In this document: one piece after another, positions 1-9,206 of the stretch
Numbering within the stretch: the stretch's first letter is position 1
Layout: each line of letters starts with the position of its first letter
Assembly (NCBI GenBank): GCA_964460605.1
Contig: CAYWPT010000004.1
Coordinates: 1-43,910 of the forward strand
DNA: 43,910 nt
Direction of reading: 5' to 3'
DNA from: an uncultured Methanosarcinales archaeon
GTDB taxonomy: Archaea > Nanobdellota > Nanobdellia > Woesearchaeales > GW2011-AR9
Notes under the pieces: model-generated
What the model saw: the letters and a program-made list of their open reading frames with translations, nothing else
Told to the model about the DNA's origin: nothing
The model's database searches: none
Made by a program: the position numbers and the translations under genes

Positions 1-717
1 AAAGGAAAAAAAGCAGAAGACATGCTAAAGCAGATGACTCGTGGAAAAAGTTTTCATGAATTACAAGTCCCATTCAAAACTGTTGCATACAATATTTCTA
101 AAAAAAGAAAGGAGGTATTTTCAAAAGGGAAGGTTGCAAAAGCAGTGCGTGCTTCCATGGCAATGCCAGGAGTTTTTAATCCTGCAAAAATAGGTAAAGA
201 CTATTACATTGATGGTGGAGTTGTTGATCCTAACCCTGTTGATCTACTCAAGGACATGGGTGCCGATGTAATAATCTCAGTTGATTTATATGATAAAGAT
301 ATGAGTAAAAGAAAAAAAAATGTAAAAGATAAAGATTTCTTAGCTAGCTTAAAAGAACGTTTTTTAGCAGAAGAGTTATTACTCATTGATAATTATTTAG
401 ACCTAAATCGTTGGCCGGGGTTTTTTAAGAAAGTGGTTGTATTAGTCATAAGAAAATTATCACTTCCTGCAAGAATTGTTCGTATGATGGCAGGAAAGGA
501 ACTTCCAATGATAGCTAAAGTAATGTTTGAGAGTCAAGCAGTGATGTTTGCTGAATTAAGTAAAATAAAATCAGATAATTCTCAAGCTAATGTGCGCATA
601 GTACCACATTTTAAAGATCTACGTTGGTATGACTTAAACAAGATTGATAAATTCATTAAACTAGGTGAAGAGGAAGCACGTAAGAAAATCCCTGAGATAA
701 AGAGGTTATTGAGGTAA
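1..717 (+). CDS. Patatin-like phospholipase (RssA/NTE-like), 5'-truncated by window edge
   Basis: Frame open from base 1; 'AVRASMAMPGVF' and 'YIDGGVVDPNPV' (DGG catalytic Asp motif); GxSxG lies upstream of the window. Confidence 0.85.
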   Translation, partial: KGKKAEDMLKQMTRGKSFHELQVPFKTVAYNISKKRKEVFSKGKVAKAVRASMAMPGVFNPAKIGKDYYIDGGVVDPNPVDLLKDMGADVIISVDLYDKDMSKRKKNVKDKDFLASLKERFLAEELLLIDNYLDLNRWPGFFKKVVVLVIRKLSLPARIVRMMAGKELPMIAKVMFESQAVMFAELSKIKSDNSQANVRIVPHFKDLRWYDLNKIDKFIKLGEEEARKKIPEIKRLLR

Positions 718-1311
718 TTTTCTAAGAAGGTCTTTATCTTTTAATCTAAAGTGTAAAAATGGGTTTTCTTCTTTTAACTTATCTGCACTTAGACCACTAT
801 GTTTCTTATCATATTCTTGAAGAAGTGGATGACGCAAAGGGACCTCATCTAGACGCCCATCAAGTCTTATTCTGGTATAAAGTCCTGATTGTTGGTAATG
901 TAATTCGCCTCTACTCAAATCACCATGGTACTTTCTATAAAATGCTACTGGGTCATCACCAAAATCTCTTTTAGTCCTCGGCAAATCACTTATTAAACCA
1001 TTTTTCCTGAGCACTTGATACAACGAAGGATCAATTTCTGCTAATTTACCCCTTGTAATTCCTGGGTGATGTTTTTGACAATATGCTAAAGGATTTCCAC
1101 CAAAATCTCTTCTGTCTGTTTTTGGAACTATAGAGAGTTTTCCTTCTCTTCGTAATTTTCGATATAAACCTTTGTCCCTCCTAAGAAGTTCTCCCCTATC
1201 AGAATGAGTATGGAATCTATTGTAGTGTTCTACAGGATCACTTGTTTTCCAAACATCTTTCCATAAAGGGAATTCTTCTTGTTCACTATTAGCTATATCT
1301 TCTAAAGACAT
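706..1311 (-). CDS. Hypothetical protein with ~4 internal ~45-aa repeats
   Basis: Repeated pattern DP/NPxxxYxxxH..xRGELxxxDxGLYxxLRxxGxL; TATA-like TTTAAATA upstream. Confidence 0.7.
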   Translation of the reverse strand: MSLEDIANSEQEEFPLWKDVWKTSDPVEHYNRFHTHSDRGELLRRDKGLYRKLRREGKLSIVPKTDRRDFGGNPLAYCQKHHPGITRGKLAEIDPSLYQVLRKNGLISDLPRTKRDFGDDPVAFYRKYHGDLSRGELHYQQSGLYTRIRLDGRLDEVPLRHPLLQEYDKKHSGLSADKLKEENPFLHFRLKDKDLLRKLPQ

Positions 1312-1353
1312 GAAAATAAAAAAATTTTATCTATTTAAAAATATTTTTAAGGA

Positions 1354-1809
1354 TTATTCATCTTTTATTTTGATTCGTTGTAATCCTTTATACTTTAATC
1401 TTAATTTCTTTTTGTTTTTTACGCCAATGAGAGTAATTTCTTTAGCCATTGCTTTTACTAAATATTCATCACCACCATAGACAACAATATCACCTTTAGT
1501 AAAAGGAGTTTTTCTGAAAAGAACAGTTGTTCTGTAAATCTCTTTACCATCTTTCCTTGAGAATAATGAAGATGTGACATTTAATTCCCCACCAAATCTT
1601 TGTTGTAATCTTTTCCCTAAGCCCAAGGTATACTGGTTATCAGCAATATAGTAATCTAATCCGTTTGTTACTTCTTCAACTTTTGCTACAGGTATTTTAG
1701 ATTGATGGAGTTCTCTCTCTACATAATCTACGATCTCTTGATTTACTAATCTAAGTTGTAGAGTTGATTCGTAATAGTTCGGATGCTTACCTTCAATGCT
1801 TCTTACCAT
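1354..1809 (-). CDS. NMD3-related protein (C-terminal part, no N-terminal Zn fingers)
   Basis: 'YYESTLQLR', 'NGLDYY', 'SLFSRKDGKEIYRTTVLFR' resemble the archaeal NMD3 C-terminal region. Confidence 0.65.
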   Translation of the reverse strand: MVRSIEGKHPNYYESTLQLRLVNQEIVDYVERELHQSKIPVAKVEEVTNGLDYYIADNQYTLGLGKRLQQRFGGELNVTSSLFSRKDGKEIYRTTVLFRKTPFTKGDIVVYGGDEYLVKAMAKEITLIGVKNKKKLRLKYKGLQRIKIKDE

Positions 1810-1848
1810 ATTGGATATTTAGAAATAAGTGTGTTTAATAAATCTTGC

Positions 1849-2871
1849 TTAAATATTAGGACACATTTTGTTGCTAGAATACTCTTCTGTCTTTGCAATG
1901 CCGCTCTTGTTCACAATTTCAAAGAATTTTGGAAAATCAATGTATTGCTTTTTGCTTAGGTCTTTTCTTATGAGACATAAGACTCTGCTTGGTTTGTGTT
2001 CACTTACAATTTCATATTCATCTAATTGTTCGATAAGTTTTTTGGTGAAATTGTCTACTTCATCGTGCATGGGCATATTAACCCTTTCTAAATATTGTCT
2101 TGAGGCTCCGACATGCATGTAACCTTTTACTTCAATAAAATCGGGTTGACCAATGTTGATAAGTTTTTTGTAGCCTTCTACATCTGTATCATTAAGACCT
2201 TTGATAACTGTTAATCTCACACATGACCTAAATCCTTTTTTCTTCATGATTTCTAGGCTTTTTATGAGTCTCTCATAATAATCAGGAAATAAAGGTTGAT
2301 CAATTTCTTTTAAGAGTACTTTGTTTGGTGCATCTATTGAGATATAAAATTGAGTCACATTCTCCATCTTTTCAATTTGTTCTGGATACTGGGCATTAGT
2401 TACCAAGAATGTTGAAATATGTTGTTTATGAAATTCTTTGAGAATTTTGTTTATTTCTGGGTATGATACTGGTTCTCCAGTAAGTGAGAGTGCAACATGA
2501 CGTACTTCTTTTGATTGTTGGTACAATTTTTCATGTGTTTTATCATTACCACCAAAGCCCAATAATAGTTTGATGTGCGCTTTAATACTCTCTTCAATAA
2601 TAAAGTTAGGATCATCAATTGGTCCAGACCATTCTTTTTGTACAGGAGCTTTTTCTCCTCGCCAACAAAACTTACATCTGTTTGCACAAAACATACTCGT
2701 AGTCATTTGTAGACATTGATGAGAACGGATTCCGTAGAATTTGAATTTATAACAACCACCTTCTGATCTAAGCATATTCTTAGTCCAACCACAGACTTTT
2801 ACTGCACTGTGCTTTCCAACCATGCGATATTGTTGACGTTCAAGGTCTTGCTTTTGTTTATCACTGAGCAT
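1849..2871 (-). CDS. taw1: 4-demethylwyosine synthase (radical SAM, TYW1/Taw1)
   Basis: 'HSAVKVCGWT', 'CYKFKFYGIRSHQCLQMT', CxxxCxxC (CANRCKFC), 'ALSLTGEP', 'EVKGYMHVGAS'. Confidence 0.95.
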   Translation of the reverse strand: MLSDKQKQDLERQQYRMVGKHSAVKVCGWTKNMLRSEGGCYKFKFYGIRSHQCLQMTTSMFCANRCKFCWRGEKAPVQKEWSGPIDDPNFIIEESIKAHIKLLLGFGGNDKTHEKLYQQSKEVRHVALSLTGEPVSYPEINKILKEFHKQHISTFLVTNAQYPEQIEKMENVTQFYISIDAPNKVLLKEIDQPLFPDYYERLIKSLEIMKKKGFRSCVRLTVIKGLNDTDVEGYKKLINIGQPDFIEVKGYMHVGASRQYLERVNMPMHDEVDNFTKKLIEQLDEYEIVSEHKPSRVLCLIRKDLSKKQYIDFPKFFEIVNKSGIAKTEEYSSNKMCPNI

Positions 2872-2910
2872 AATGTTGAGAAATTGATGGTTTCTTATTA
2901 AAAGTTGTGG

Positions 2911-3795
2911 CTAATCCTTAGCAAAAACTTCTTCTAATAAGTTTTCTGCATGATCTAAACTAAATCTTTTTCTTGGGTCTTCTTTTGTAAGACCAGCTAT
3001 TACCATGTTTACATATTCTTCCATATGTGATCTTGGTTTTGGTATTACTGTTTTTCTACCATGAGTGATTGCTAAACGATAAGTTTCAAAAGGATCTATT
3101 GAGCCATTGAAGGGCTTAAAAGGTGTTTCTCCATGCATTAAGTCCATCAAAGTTGCTCCCGCTTGGAAAGCTTCTGTTCTTTCATCAACAACATAATCTA
3201 AAAGAGTTTCTGGAGCCATATAACATGCAGTGCCCCTTCTTCTATAATCTTCTCCTTCTCTGGTAACTGCATCAAAATCATGTAATAAAACTCTTTTATC
3301 AAAAAGGAGATTCTCTGGTTTAATATCACTATGAAATATGCCCTTCTCATGAAGGTATCTTAAAACTGGAATAAGTGATAATCCAAGCCTAGCAATCTTT
3401 CTAGGTTTTCTTCTATACTGCGTTGGAGATAAACTTATTGCATTAAGATAATCCATCACCACCATCACAAGCCCATCATCTTCAATTAATTCATATACAC
3501 CTGGAATTTGATCATGGGACAAGCCACCTAATACCTCATATTCAATTCTTAGTGGTTCGTTATCATCATTGTCATCTAATGGAATTTTTACAGCGTAATC
3601 ATTACCCTCTAAATCATTTACCCAGAAGATCTCATGAAAACCCCCCTCATTAATCTTTATTGGAGTGAAATAACCATAATCTCTAAGAACCCTTTTAATC
3701 TTTTTAATACGTAATTCTTCACTACCAACTGCAAAAGGGTCTGTAAATAAGTGATCAGGGTATCCTTCCCTGGCAATTTCTAGTTCAGTATTCAT
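2911..3795 (-). CDS. Hanks-type Ser/Thr protein kinase
   Basis: Gly-loop 'EGGFHEIF', 'AVKIP', 'HSDIKPEN', DFD in place of DFG, 'GTACYMAPE', 'DPRKR'. Confidence 0.88.
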   Translation of the reverse strand: MNTELEIAREGYPDHLFTDPFAVGSEELRIKKIKRVLRDYGYFTPIKINEGGFHEIFWVNDLEGNDYAVKIPLDDNDDNEPLRIEYEVLGGLSHDQIPGVYELIEDDGLVMVVMDYLNAISLSPTQYRRKPRKIARLGLSLIPVLRYLHEKGIFHSDIKPENLLFDKRVLLHDFDAVTREGEDYRRRGTACYMAPETLLDYVVDERTEAFQAGATLMDLMHGETPFKPFNGSIDPFETYRLAITHGRKTVIPKPRSHMEEYVNMVIAGLTKEDPRKRFSLDHAENLLEEVFAKD

Positions 3796-3873
3796 CTTAG
3801 TTTGCTTTTACTAAACCTTTTATAAAACTTTTCCAGGATAAGATTTATAAAGAGAAAGCCGCCAAAAAGTAAC

Positions 3874-4080
3874 ATGACACTTACAAAAAAAGAGAAGGCA
3901 GTTTTACAGATATTGGTTGGTAAAGAACTTAACAATGTCAAGGAAGATAGTGCAAAACTAATGCTCAGCAATTCACCATTTTTTGGAAAGGTTGACTTAG
4001 ATGATAATGATATTGAATTTATCAAAAATGAAGAGAGATACATTGCTTTTTTGAGGGATTTAGTTAAAAAATTGAAATAA
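3874..4080 (+). CDS. Small hypothetical protein, first gene of pfdA-ftsY run
   Basis: TTTATAAA upstream; stop 1 nt before pfdA start. Confidence 0.6.
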   Translation: MTLTKKEKAVLQILVGKELNNVKEDSAKLMLSNSPFFGKVDLDDNDIEFIKNEERYIAFLRDLVKKLK

Positions 4081-4081
4081 A

Positions 4082-4480
4082 ATGGATATGAACAAACAAC
4101 AAGGGGTTATGCAATTACAACAAATGCAGGAACAATTAGAACACTTATCTCAACAACAAGAGATTATGCAACAGCAACTTTTAGACATTGAGATTAGTAA
4201 AAACGCTTTATTAGAAATAGAACAAACTCCAGAAGGTACTGAAATTTTAAGTCAAGTAGCTAATGGTGTTTTTGTAAAAACTAAACTAGTAAAAGGAGAT
4301 AGTTTTATCGTAAATATTGGAGCAAACGCTACTGCTGAGAAAAAAACTATTGAATTAATTTCTATGTATGAAGATCAAGAAGGAAAGTTAGTAGGACATA
4401 TTGAGAGTCTTCAACAAACTATTCAAGATTTAAGTACTGAGATTATAAGTAAAATTAATAAGTTAGAACAAGAGGCATAA
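4082..4480 (+). CDS. pfdA: Prefoldin alpha subunit
   Basis: Coiled-coil ends around beta-hairpin core 'EILSQVANGVFV...IVNIGAN...EK'; conserved archaeal adjacency to ftsY. Confidence 0.9.
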   Translation: MDMNKQQGVMQLQQMQEQLEHLSQQQEIMQQQLLDIEISKNALLEIEQTPEGTEILSQVANGVFVKTKLVKGDSFIVNIGANATAEKKTIELISMYEDQEGKLVGHIESLQQTIQDLSTEIISKINKLEQEA

Positions 4481-4484
4481 ATAG

Positions 4485-5975
4485 ATGTTTGGAAAATTAA
4501 AGGATAAATTAAAATCTGCATTATCCGTATTTTCTAGTAAAACTGAAGAGGAAGCTGAAGATATTCCTCAAGAAGAAGTTGATAAAATTATTGCTCAAAA
4601 AGAAGAGAAGCTTGAAGCCAAGGAAAAGTCAGGTAAGAAAAAAACTGTTTCTAAGAAAAAAGAAAAAGCAGTTGAAGAAGCTCCTGAAGAAAAAATTGAT
4701 GAATTTAAAGAGGAAGTTGCTCCTGAACTAATACGTCGTGCTGAGGAAGAGAGTGCTACTGAAACCGAAGTAGATGCAAAAGTTATGCCTCATGTAGCTA
4801 AAGTTGAAAGAAAGGTTGAAGAGAGCGTTATTGAAAATTCACCCACTAAAGTTAAAAAAGAAATTTCTAAATCAGTTAAAGAGAAAGAAATAATTCCAAT
4901 AAAGGTAAAAGAAGAATTTAAACCAAAAGAAAAAGAGATTGAAACTTTAAAAGAAGCAGTTGTTAAAGAAAAAGAAGAGAGTAAAGTTGAGAAAAAAGAA
5001 GTTCAAGCTGAAGATATTATTAAAGAAGCTGCACAGGAAGCACAAAGCAACAAAGTTGCTAGTGCCGATTCAAAGAATCAGGAGCCTAAAAAAGGATTTT
5101 TTGGCAGATTTAAAGAGACACTTACTACTAAAAAAATTAATGCTGAAAAATTTGAAGAATTATTCTGGGATTTAGAAATGGTTTTGCTTGAAAGCAATGT
5201 TTCTGTAAAAGTAATTGAGAAAATAAAAATAGATTTACAAGAAGAATTAGTTGACAAGCCTCTTCCACGAGATGTTATGGGGAAAATCCAAGAAGTTCTC
5301 AAAAAAACCTTGCATGAGATCCTCTCAGTTGAACAAATTGATTTACTTTCTAAAATTGATGAGAAGAAAAAAGAAGGAAAACCTTTTGTCATTATGTTTT
5401 TTGGCATCAACGGTGCTGGAAAAACAACTAGCATTGCAAAACTCACTCATTTATTACAATCAAAAAAATATTCAGTAGTTCTTGCTGCTGGAGATACTTT
5501 TAGAGCAGCAGCAATTCAGCAACTTGAAGAACATGCTAATAAATTAGGTGTGAAGATGATTAAACACGATTATGGATCAGATGCTGCAGCAGTTGCTTTT
5601 GATGCAGTACAATATGCTGAGAAAAGCGCTGTAGACGTTGTTTTAATCGATACTGCAGGACGTTTACATTCTAATACTAATCTGATGAATGAACTGGATA
5701 AAATCAACCGTGTAGCTAAGCCTGACTTCAAAGTCTTTGTAGGGGAAAGCATCACAGGAAATGACTGTATAGAACAAGCAGAGAAGTTTAATGAGCTCGT
5801 ACAATTAGATGGCGCAATTTTAACTAAAGCAGATATTGATGAGAATGGTGGAGCTCCACTGAGTATTGCATACACCATTAAAAAACCAATTTTATATTTA
5901 GGGATGGGTCAAGAGTATAAAGATCTTGAGAAATTTAATCCTGATTTAATTCTAGAAAGGCTTGGTTTTGATTAA
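4485..5975 (+). CDS. ftsY: SRP receptor FtsY with long charged N-terminal region
   Basis: GINGAGKTT, DTFRAAA, DTAGR, TKAD, GQEY.DL motifs. Confidence 0.96.
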   Translation: MFGKLKDKLKSALSVFSSKTEEEAEDIPQEEVDKIIAQKEEKLEAKEKSGKKKTVSKKKEKAVEEAPEEKIDEFKEEVAPELIRRAEEESATETEVDAKVMPHVAKVERKVEESVIENSPTKVKKEISKSVKEKEIIPIKVKEEFKPKEKEIETLKEAVVKEKEESKVEKKEVQAEDIIKEAAQEAQSNKVASADSKNQEPKKGFFGRFKETLTTKKINAEKFEELFWDLEMVLLESNVSVKVIEKIKIDLQEELVDKPLPRDVMGKIQEVLKKTLHEILSVEQIDLLSKIDEKKKEGKPFVIMFFGINGAGKTTSIAKLTHLLQSKKYSVVLAAGDTFRAAAIQQLEEHANKLGVKMIKHDYGSDAAAVAFDAVQYAEKSAVDVVLIDTAGRLHSNTNLMNELDKINRVAKPDFKVFVGESITGNDCIEQAEKFNELVQLDGAILTKADIDENGGAPLSIAYTIKKPILYLGMGQEYKDLEKFNPDLILERLGFD

Positions 5976-6041
5976 CAATAATAGTTGTAAAGCCAACTAT
6001 TTTTGAAATGTAAAATTAAAAATTTTCCATAAAGAAAAAAA

Positions 6042-6728
6042 CTAATAAATTTTGTATTCTGGTTTCAAACGTGCTTTAAGCATTACTACTTCTCCACGTT
6101 GTAATGCTCTTCCAAGATCAGATCCATCTTTACCTACAACATTTGCATATCCAGTATTTTCAAAATGGTCTCCTAATTCTTCATCACGAACATCGAATCG
6201 TGTTGCAATAGTTCCAAAGTGATCATTTGCTTGAACTCTGTAAGAAAACTCTACCCAACCATTGTTTGGTTTTCCAGCATTTAATACAGAAAAAGGACCC
6301 ATGTGTTCTGGATCAAACCTGTGTTCACTTGCAGGTCCGTAGACCGGCTCATCTGCTAAAATGTAAACATCTTGTCCTTCTCGAATACTCTCTAAAGAGC
6401 TACCGCCGACATTAACAACTTCAATTGGGATAACATGCATAGAATCTGCAGTCCCGTCTGTAATTTGACCCAGTTGATACTCTTTCCAAGCTCTTTGTAC
6501 TTGCGTTTGATTAGATACTTCAGAATCTCTATTAAAATTGTAAACTAATTTTCCTCTACTGTTTTTTCCAACGTAAGTAAAAATCTCTTCTGGCTGAGCA
6601 ACTTCTACAACTGGTGTAGGAGCAACTTGAGAAACTGGTGCCGGAGCTTCATTACATGCACTTAATGCAAGTAAACCCGCTGCTAAAATTCTCTTTTCTA
6701 AATTTAATCCATCTATCATTTTTATCAT
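6042..6728 (-). CDS. Lipoprotein with C-terminal LysM-like domain
   Basis: Lipobox 'LLALSAC'; 'YRVQANDHFGTIATRF...LQRGEVVML' fits LysM pattern YxVxxGDxxxxIAxxF...LxxGQxL. Confidence 0.6.
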   Translation of the reverse strand: MIKMIDGLNLEKRILAAGLLALSACNEAPAPVSQVAPTPVVEVAQPEEIFTYVGKNSRGKLVYNFNRDSEVSNQTQVQRAWKEYQLGQITDGTADSMHVIPIEVVNVGGSSLESIREGQDVYILADEPVYGPASEHRFDPEHMGPFSVLNAGKPNNGWVEFSYRVQANDHFGTIATRFDVRDEELGDHFENTGYANVVGKDGSDLGRALQRGEVVMLKARLKPEYKIY

Positions 6729-6755
6729 CTCTTTGTATTTAATAAAATAAAAAAA

Positions 6756-7109
6756 TTAAAGTTTGTAAGATTCACAAAGATCTCCAGTATTATAAGATCC
6801 ATCTGTATTAAGACCTTCAAACTTAAGTAAAGACATTCCTTCGTCTCCTTTGATTGGAGTACATTCTTCTCCACTATTAAACCTGTATACTCTACCGACT
6901 TCGTCTAATCTTGGCTCATTTACATCGGTAACATAAACCCATTCGTCTCCAGCCATGTAATCAGGGATAACTTGAGTATCTGGCATTCCATTACCAGCTA
7001 CAAAGCCAGCAATACCTGTTGCTGCAACTAATCCTGCTAATCCTAGGGTTCTTCCCCATCCAGCCTTTCTTGGGGTTACTATCTCTGTATTTTCATTTGG
7101 GTTTGACAT
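6756..7109 (-). CDS. Small membrane-anchored exported protein
   Basis: N-terminal hydrophobic segment 'TLGLAGLVAATGIAGFVAG'; Cys pair; GGAGG RBS upstream. Confidence 0.65.
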   Translation of the reverse strand: MSNPNENTEIVTPRKAGWGRTLGLAGLVAATGIAGFVAGNGMPDTQVIPDYMAGDEWVYVTDVNEPRLDEVGRVYRFNSGEECTPIKGDEGMSLLKFEGLNTDGSYNTGDLCESYKL

Positions 7110-7199
7110 TTTAATATAATCCTCCGATAATAATCGTTATAGTGTATAATTGGGCTTTTACTTTAAAAAGCTTTCTATTTATTCATCTCTACAGAGTAG

Positions 7200-8726
7200 T
7201 TACACTAAATCATGCCTAGCTTTCATATGTCCATAGACAATATTTGAGACCCCACGAATAACATTTCCACGAGTTGAAATCCATGAACCGTAACTTCCAG
7301 TTCTTCTATCTTTTTCAATTATCCCAATTATTGTGTAAGGTACTCTTGCACCATCACGTCCACGAGCTGAGAGTATTCCCATATCTCCACAGAGCATTGC
7401 TGTACTTCCTGTTTTATTCCATACACCAGTTCCTGTTGGAACTCTCGAAGCTCCTGAATAAATTCTATCTCTTCCTGGTAAAGCCATCACTCTTCTTAGT
7501 TCTCTTGATTGTGGAAGGTTTCCATTCCAGAGCTGAAACAAGAATCTACTATAATCATGAGCAGATGCTTTATTCCTATAAGTTCTTCCACTTGTTGGGA
7601 TATACTCAACAATTTGAGTGTCCGGAACTACATGCCCATACTCACGCTGCAAAACTCTTTGCACTGCTAATGGACCGCCTACTGCTCTCATAAGCCAATT
7701 AGTTGCACCATTGCTACTTCTTTGAATTGAAGCTTCTAAGTTTGCCCTACTCTGAGGACCATAAGTTAATCTTCCTCTATTTACTTCATGCATAAATGCT
7801 AAAGCCACAAGTGGTTTTACCATACTTGCACATTGTCGCGGAACATCTTCATTAATTGAAACTAGTTTATCTCCTGTTAAAAAATCATAGACAGACCATG
7901 AGGTATGTTCATCATCTGAAACTCTTCCTGCTCTTCTTTGCCCTGCAATATATCTTTCAATTTCTGCTTCAAGATCACCAGAAGTTGCTGCTACAACACG
8001 CGGAGTTGATCTCTCAACTCTTTGAACTCTTTCTCTTTGGATAACTTCATCTAGATGAGATGATTCACCAAAAATAACATCATTATTTCTCTCAACTATT
8101 GGAGTCGCACCATTATTGTATCCGCCGGATCTAAGTAAACCAGCAAGCCTTTGTGAAGCCGAAGCTGCTCCACTATGATCTCCGGATCTCTTATAGACTA
8201 GAGCAAACTCTCCATCATTTCTTTTTTCAATAACTAACTGCTTTCTAATACTATCTCCTAGAATCCCTTCAACTTCAGCGTAATCTCTTTTGAGTGCATC
8301 AAGGTTCGCACCTTTACCAAAAGCAACATTCCAAAGTCTATGATATCCAGAATCTTGAATATCAACTGCTATTTTAAAACCATGAGGAACTAATGTTCTT
8401 GCATGACTTGCTGCAACTCTTTTTGAAGATGCTTGATCACCATCACGATCATAAATTATCCCAAAGTGCCCATCAGTATCTTGAACAACATGAACATCTT
8501 CAGCAACTCCAGGACCTAAAAGAGCTACAATCTCATCTCGAAGACCGAATGCTTCATCAATGCTAGTAAGTCCAAAATCTCGAGAACTGTAAGAAACGTC
8601 AAACAAACCAGACTCGTCTTGTGCTGCAGCTGAAGAAGGCACACTCAGAGCTCCAACTAGTGCACTCGCGCCTAAGGCATTGAGTACATCTCTTCTACTA
8701 GGATTTCTTAATGTTTCGTCGGACAT
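7200..8726 (-). CDS. Tat-exported class A beta-lactamase/PBP-like serine hydrolase with two N-terminal repeats
   Basis: Twin-arginine 'SRRDVL' + h-region + AxA; SxxK (SMVK), SxN (SSN), KTG (NKTGS). Confidence 0.85.
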   Translation of the reverse strand: MSDETLRNPSRRDVLNALGASALVGALSVPSSAAAQDESGLFDVSYSSRDFGLTSIDEAFGLRDEIVALLGPGVAEDVHVVQDTDGHFGIIYDRDGDQASSKRVAASHARTLVPHGFKIAVDIQDSGYHRLWNVAFGKGANLDALKRDYAEVEGILGDSIRKQLVIEKRNDGEFALVYKRSGDHSGAASASQRLAGLLRSGGYNNGATPIVERNNDVIFGESSHLDEVIQRERVQRVERSTPRVVAATSGDLEAEIERYIAGQRRAGRVSDDEHTSWSVYDFLTGDKLVSINEDVPRQCASMVKPLVALAFMHEVNRGRLTYGPQSRANLEASIQRSSNGATNWLMRAVGGPLAVQRVLQREYGHVVPDTQIVEYIPTSGRTYRNKASAHDYSRFLFQLWNGNLPQSRELRRVMALPGRDRIYSGASRVPTGTGVWNKTGSTAMLCGDMGILSARGRDGARVPYTIIGIIEKDRRTGSYGSWISTRGNVIRGVSNIVYGHMKARHDLV

Positions 8727-8832
8727 TCTTATCTCTTAAGGCTCTATAATTAATAAGTGATTTAAGATAAAATTCTTATTTTAAGCTTAAATAGTAGAGA
8801 ATTGGCTTATTTATAAACTTTTCCATCATTAT

Positions 8833-9123
8833 TCACCGGTAAGTAGTAATTTGTGAGTAACAGCCTTCTTCTGCTGGGTATTGCCTACAATACTCAAGAA
8901 GAACACCAGAAAGCTCTGGTTTTGGAGATATAATCTCTTCAGAGGGACCACAAGATTTAGGAAGAAAGCGAGGACTTGGAAGGCTACATTTCTCTCCAGG
9001 TATGGGTTCCATAAAGACAGTTAGTTCTCTATCCGCAGAATCAGAAAAAGCTGGCACTGCTGGCATAGAAGGCTTAAGAAGTAAAGCGAGTCCTGAGATG
9101 AGTAATGTTCTGTTTCTCGTCAC
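8833..9123 (-). CDS. Small secreted Cys-containing hypothetical protein
   Basis: GTG start, signal-like N-terminus, 4 Cys, TTTAAATA upstream on minus strand. Confidence 0.5.
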   Translation of the reverse strand: MTRNRTLLISGLALLLKPSMPAVPAFSDSADRELTVFMEPIPGEKCSLPSPRFLPKSCGPSEEIISPKPELSGVLLEYCRQYPAEEGCYSQITTYR

Positions 9124-9177
9124 GAGGGAATTAGAATATTCCTGAAATATTTAAATTCTCTGAAACATACAAGAGCA

Positions 9178-9185
9178 TTTAAATA
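9178..9185 (+). promoter_or_regulatory. Archaeal TATA box for lig (likely leaderless transcript)
   Basis: TTTAAATA ending ~22 nt before ATG 9207; similar spacing at 10961, 11315 and 14450. Confidence 0.6.
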
Positions 9186-9206
9186 GGAGCAAAAGTTCCA
9201 ATTTTC

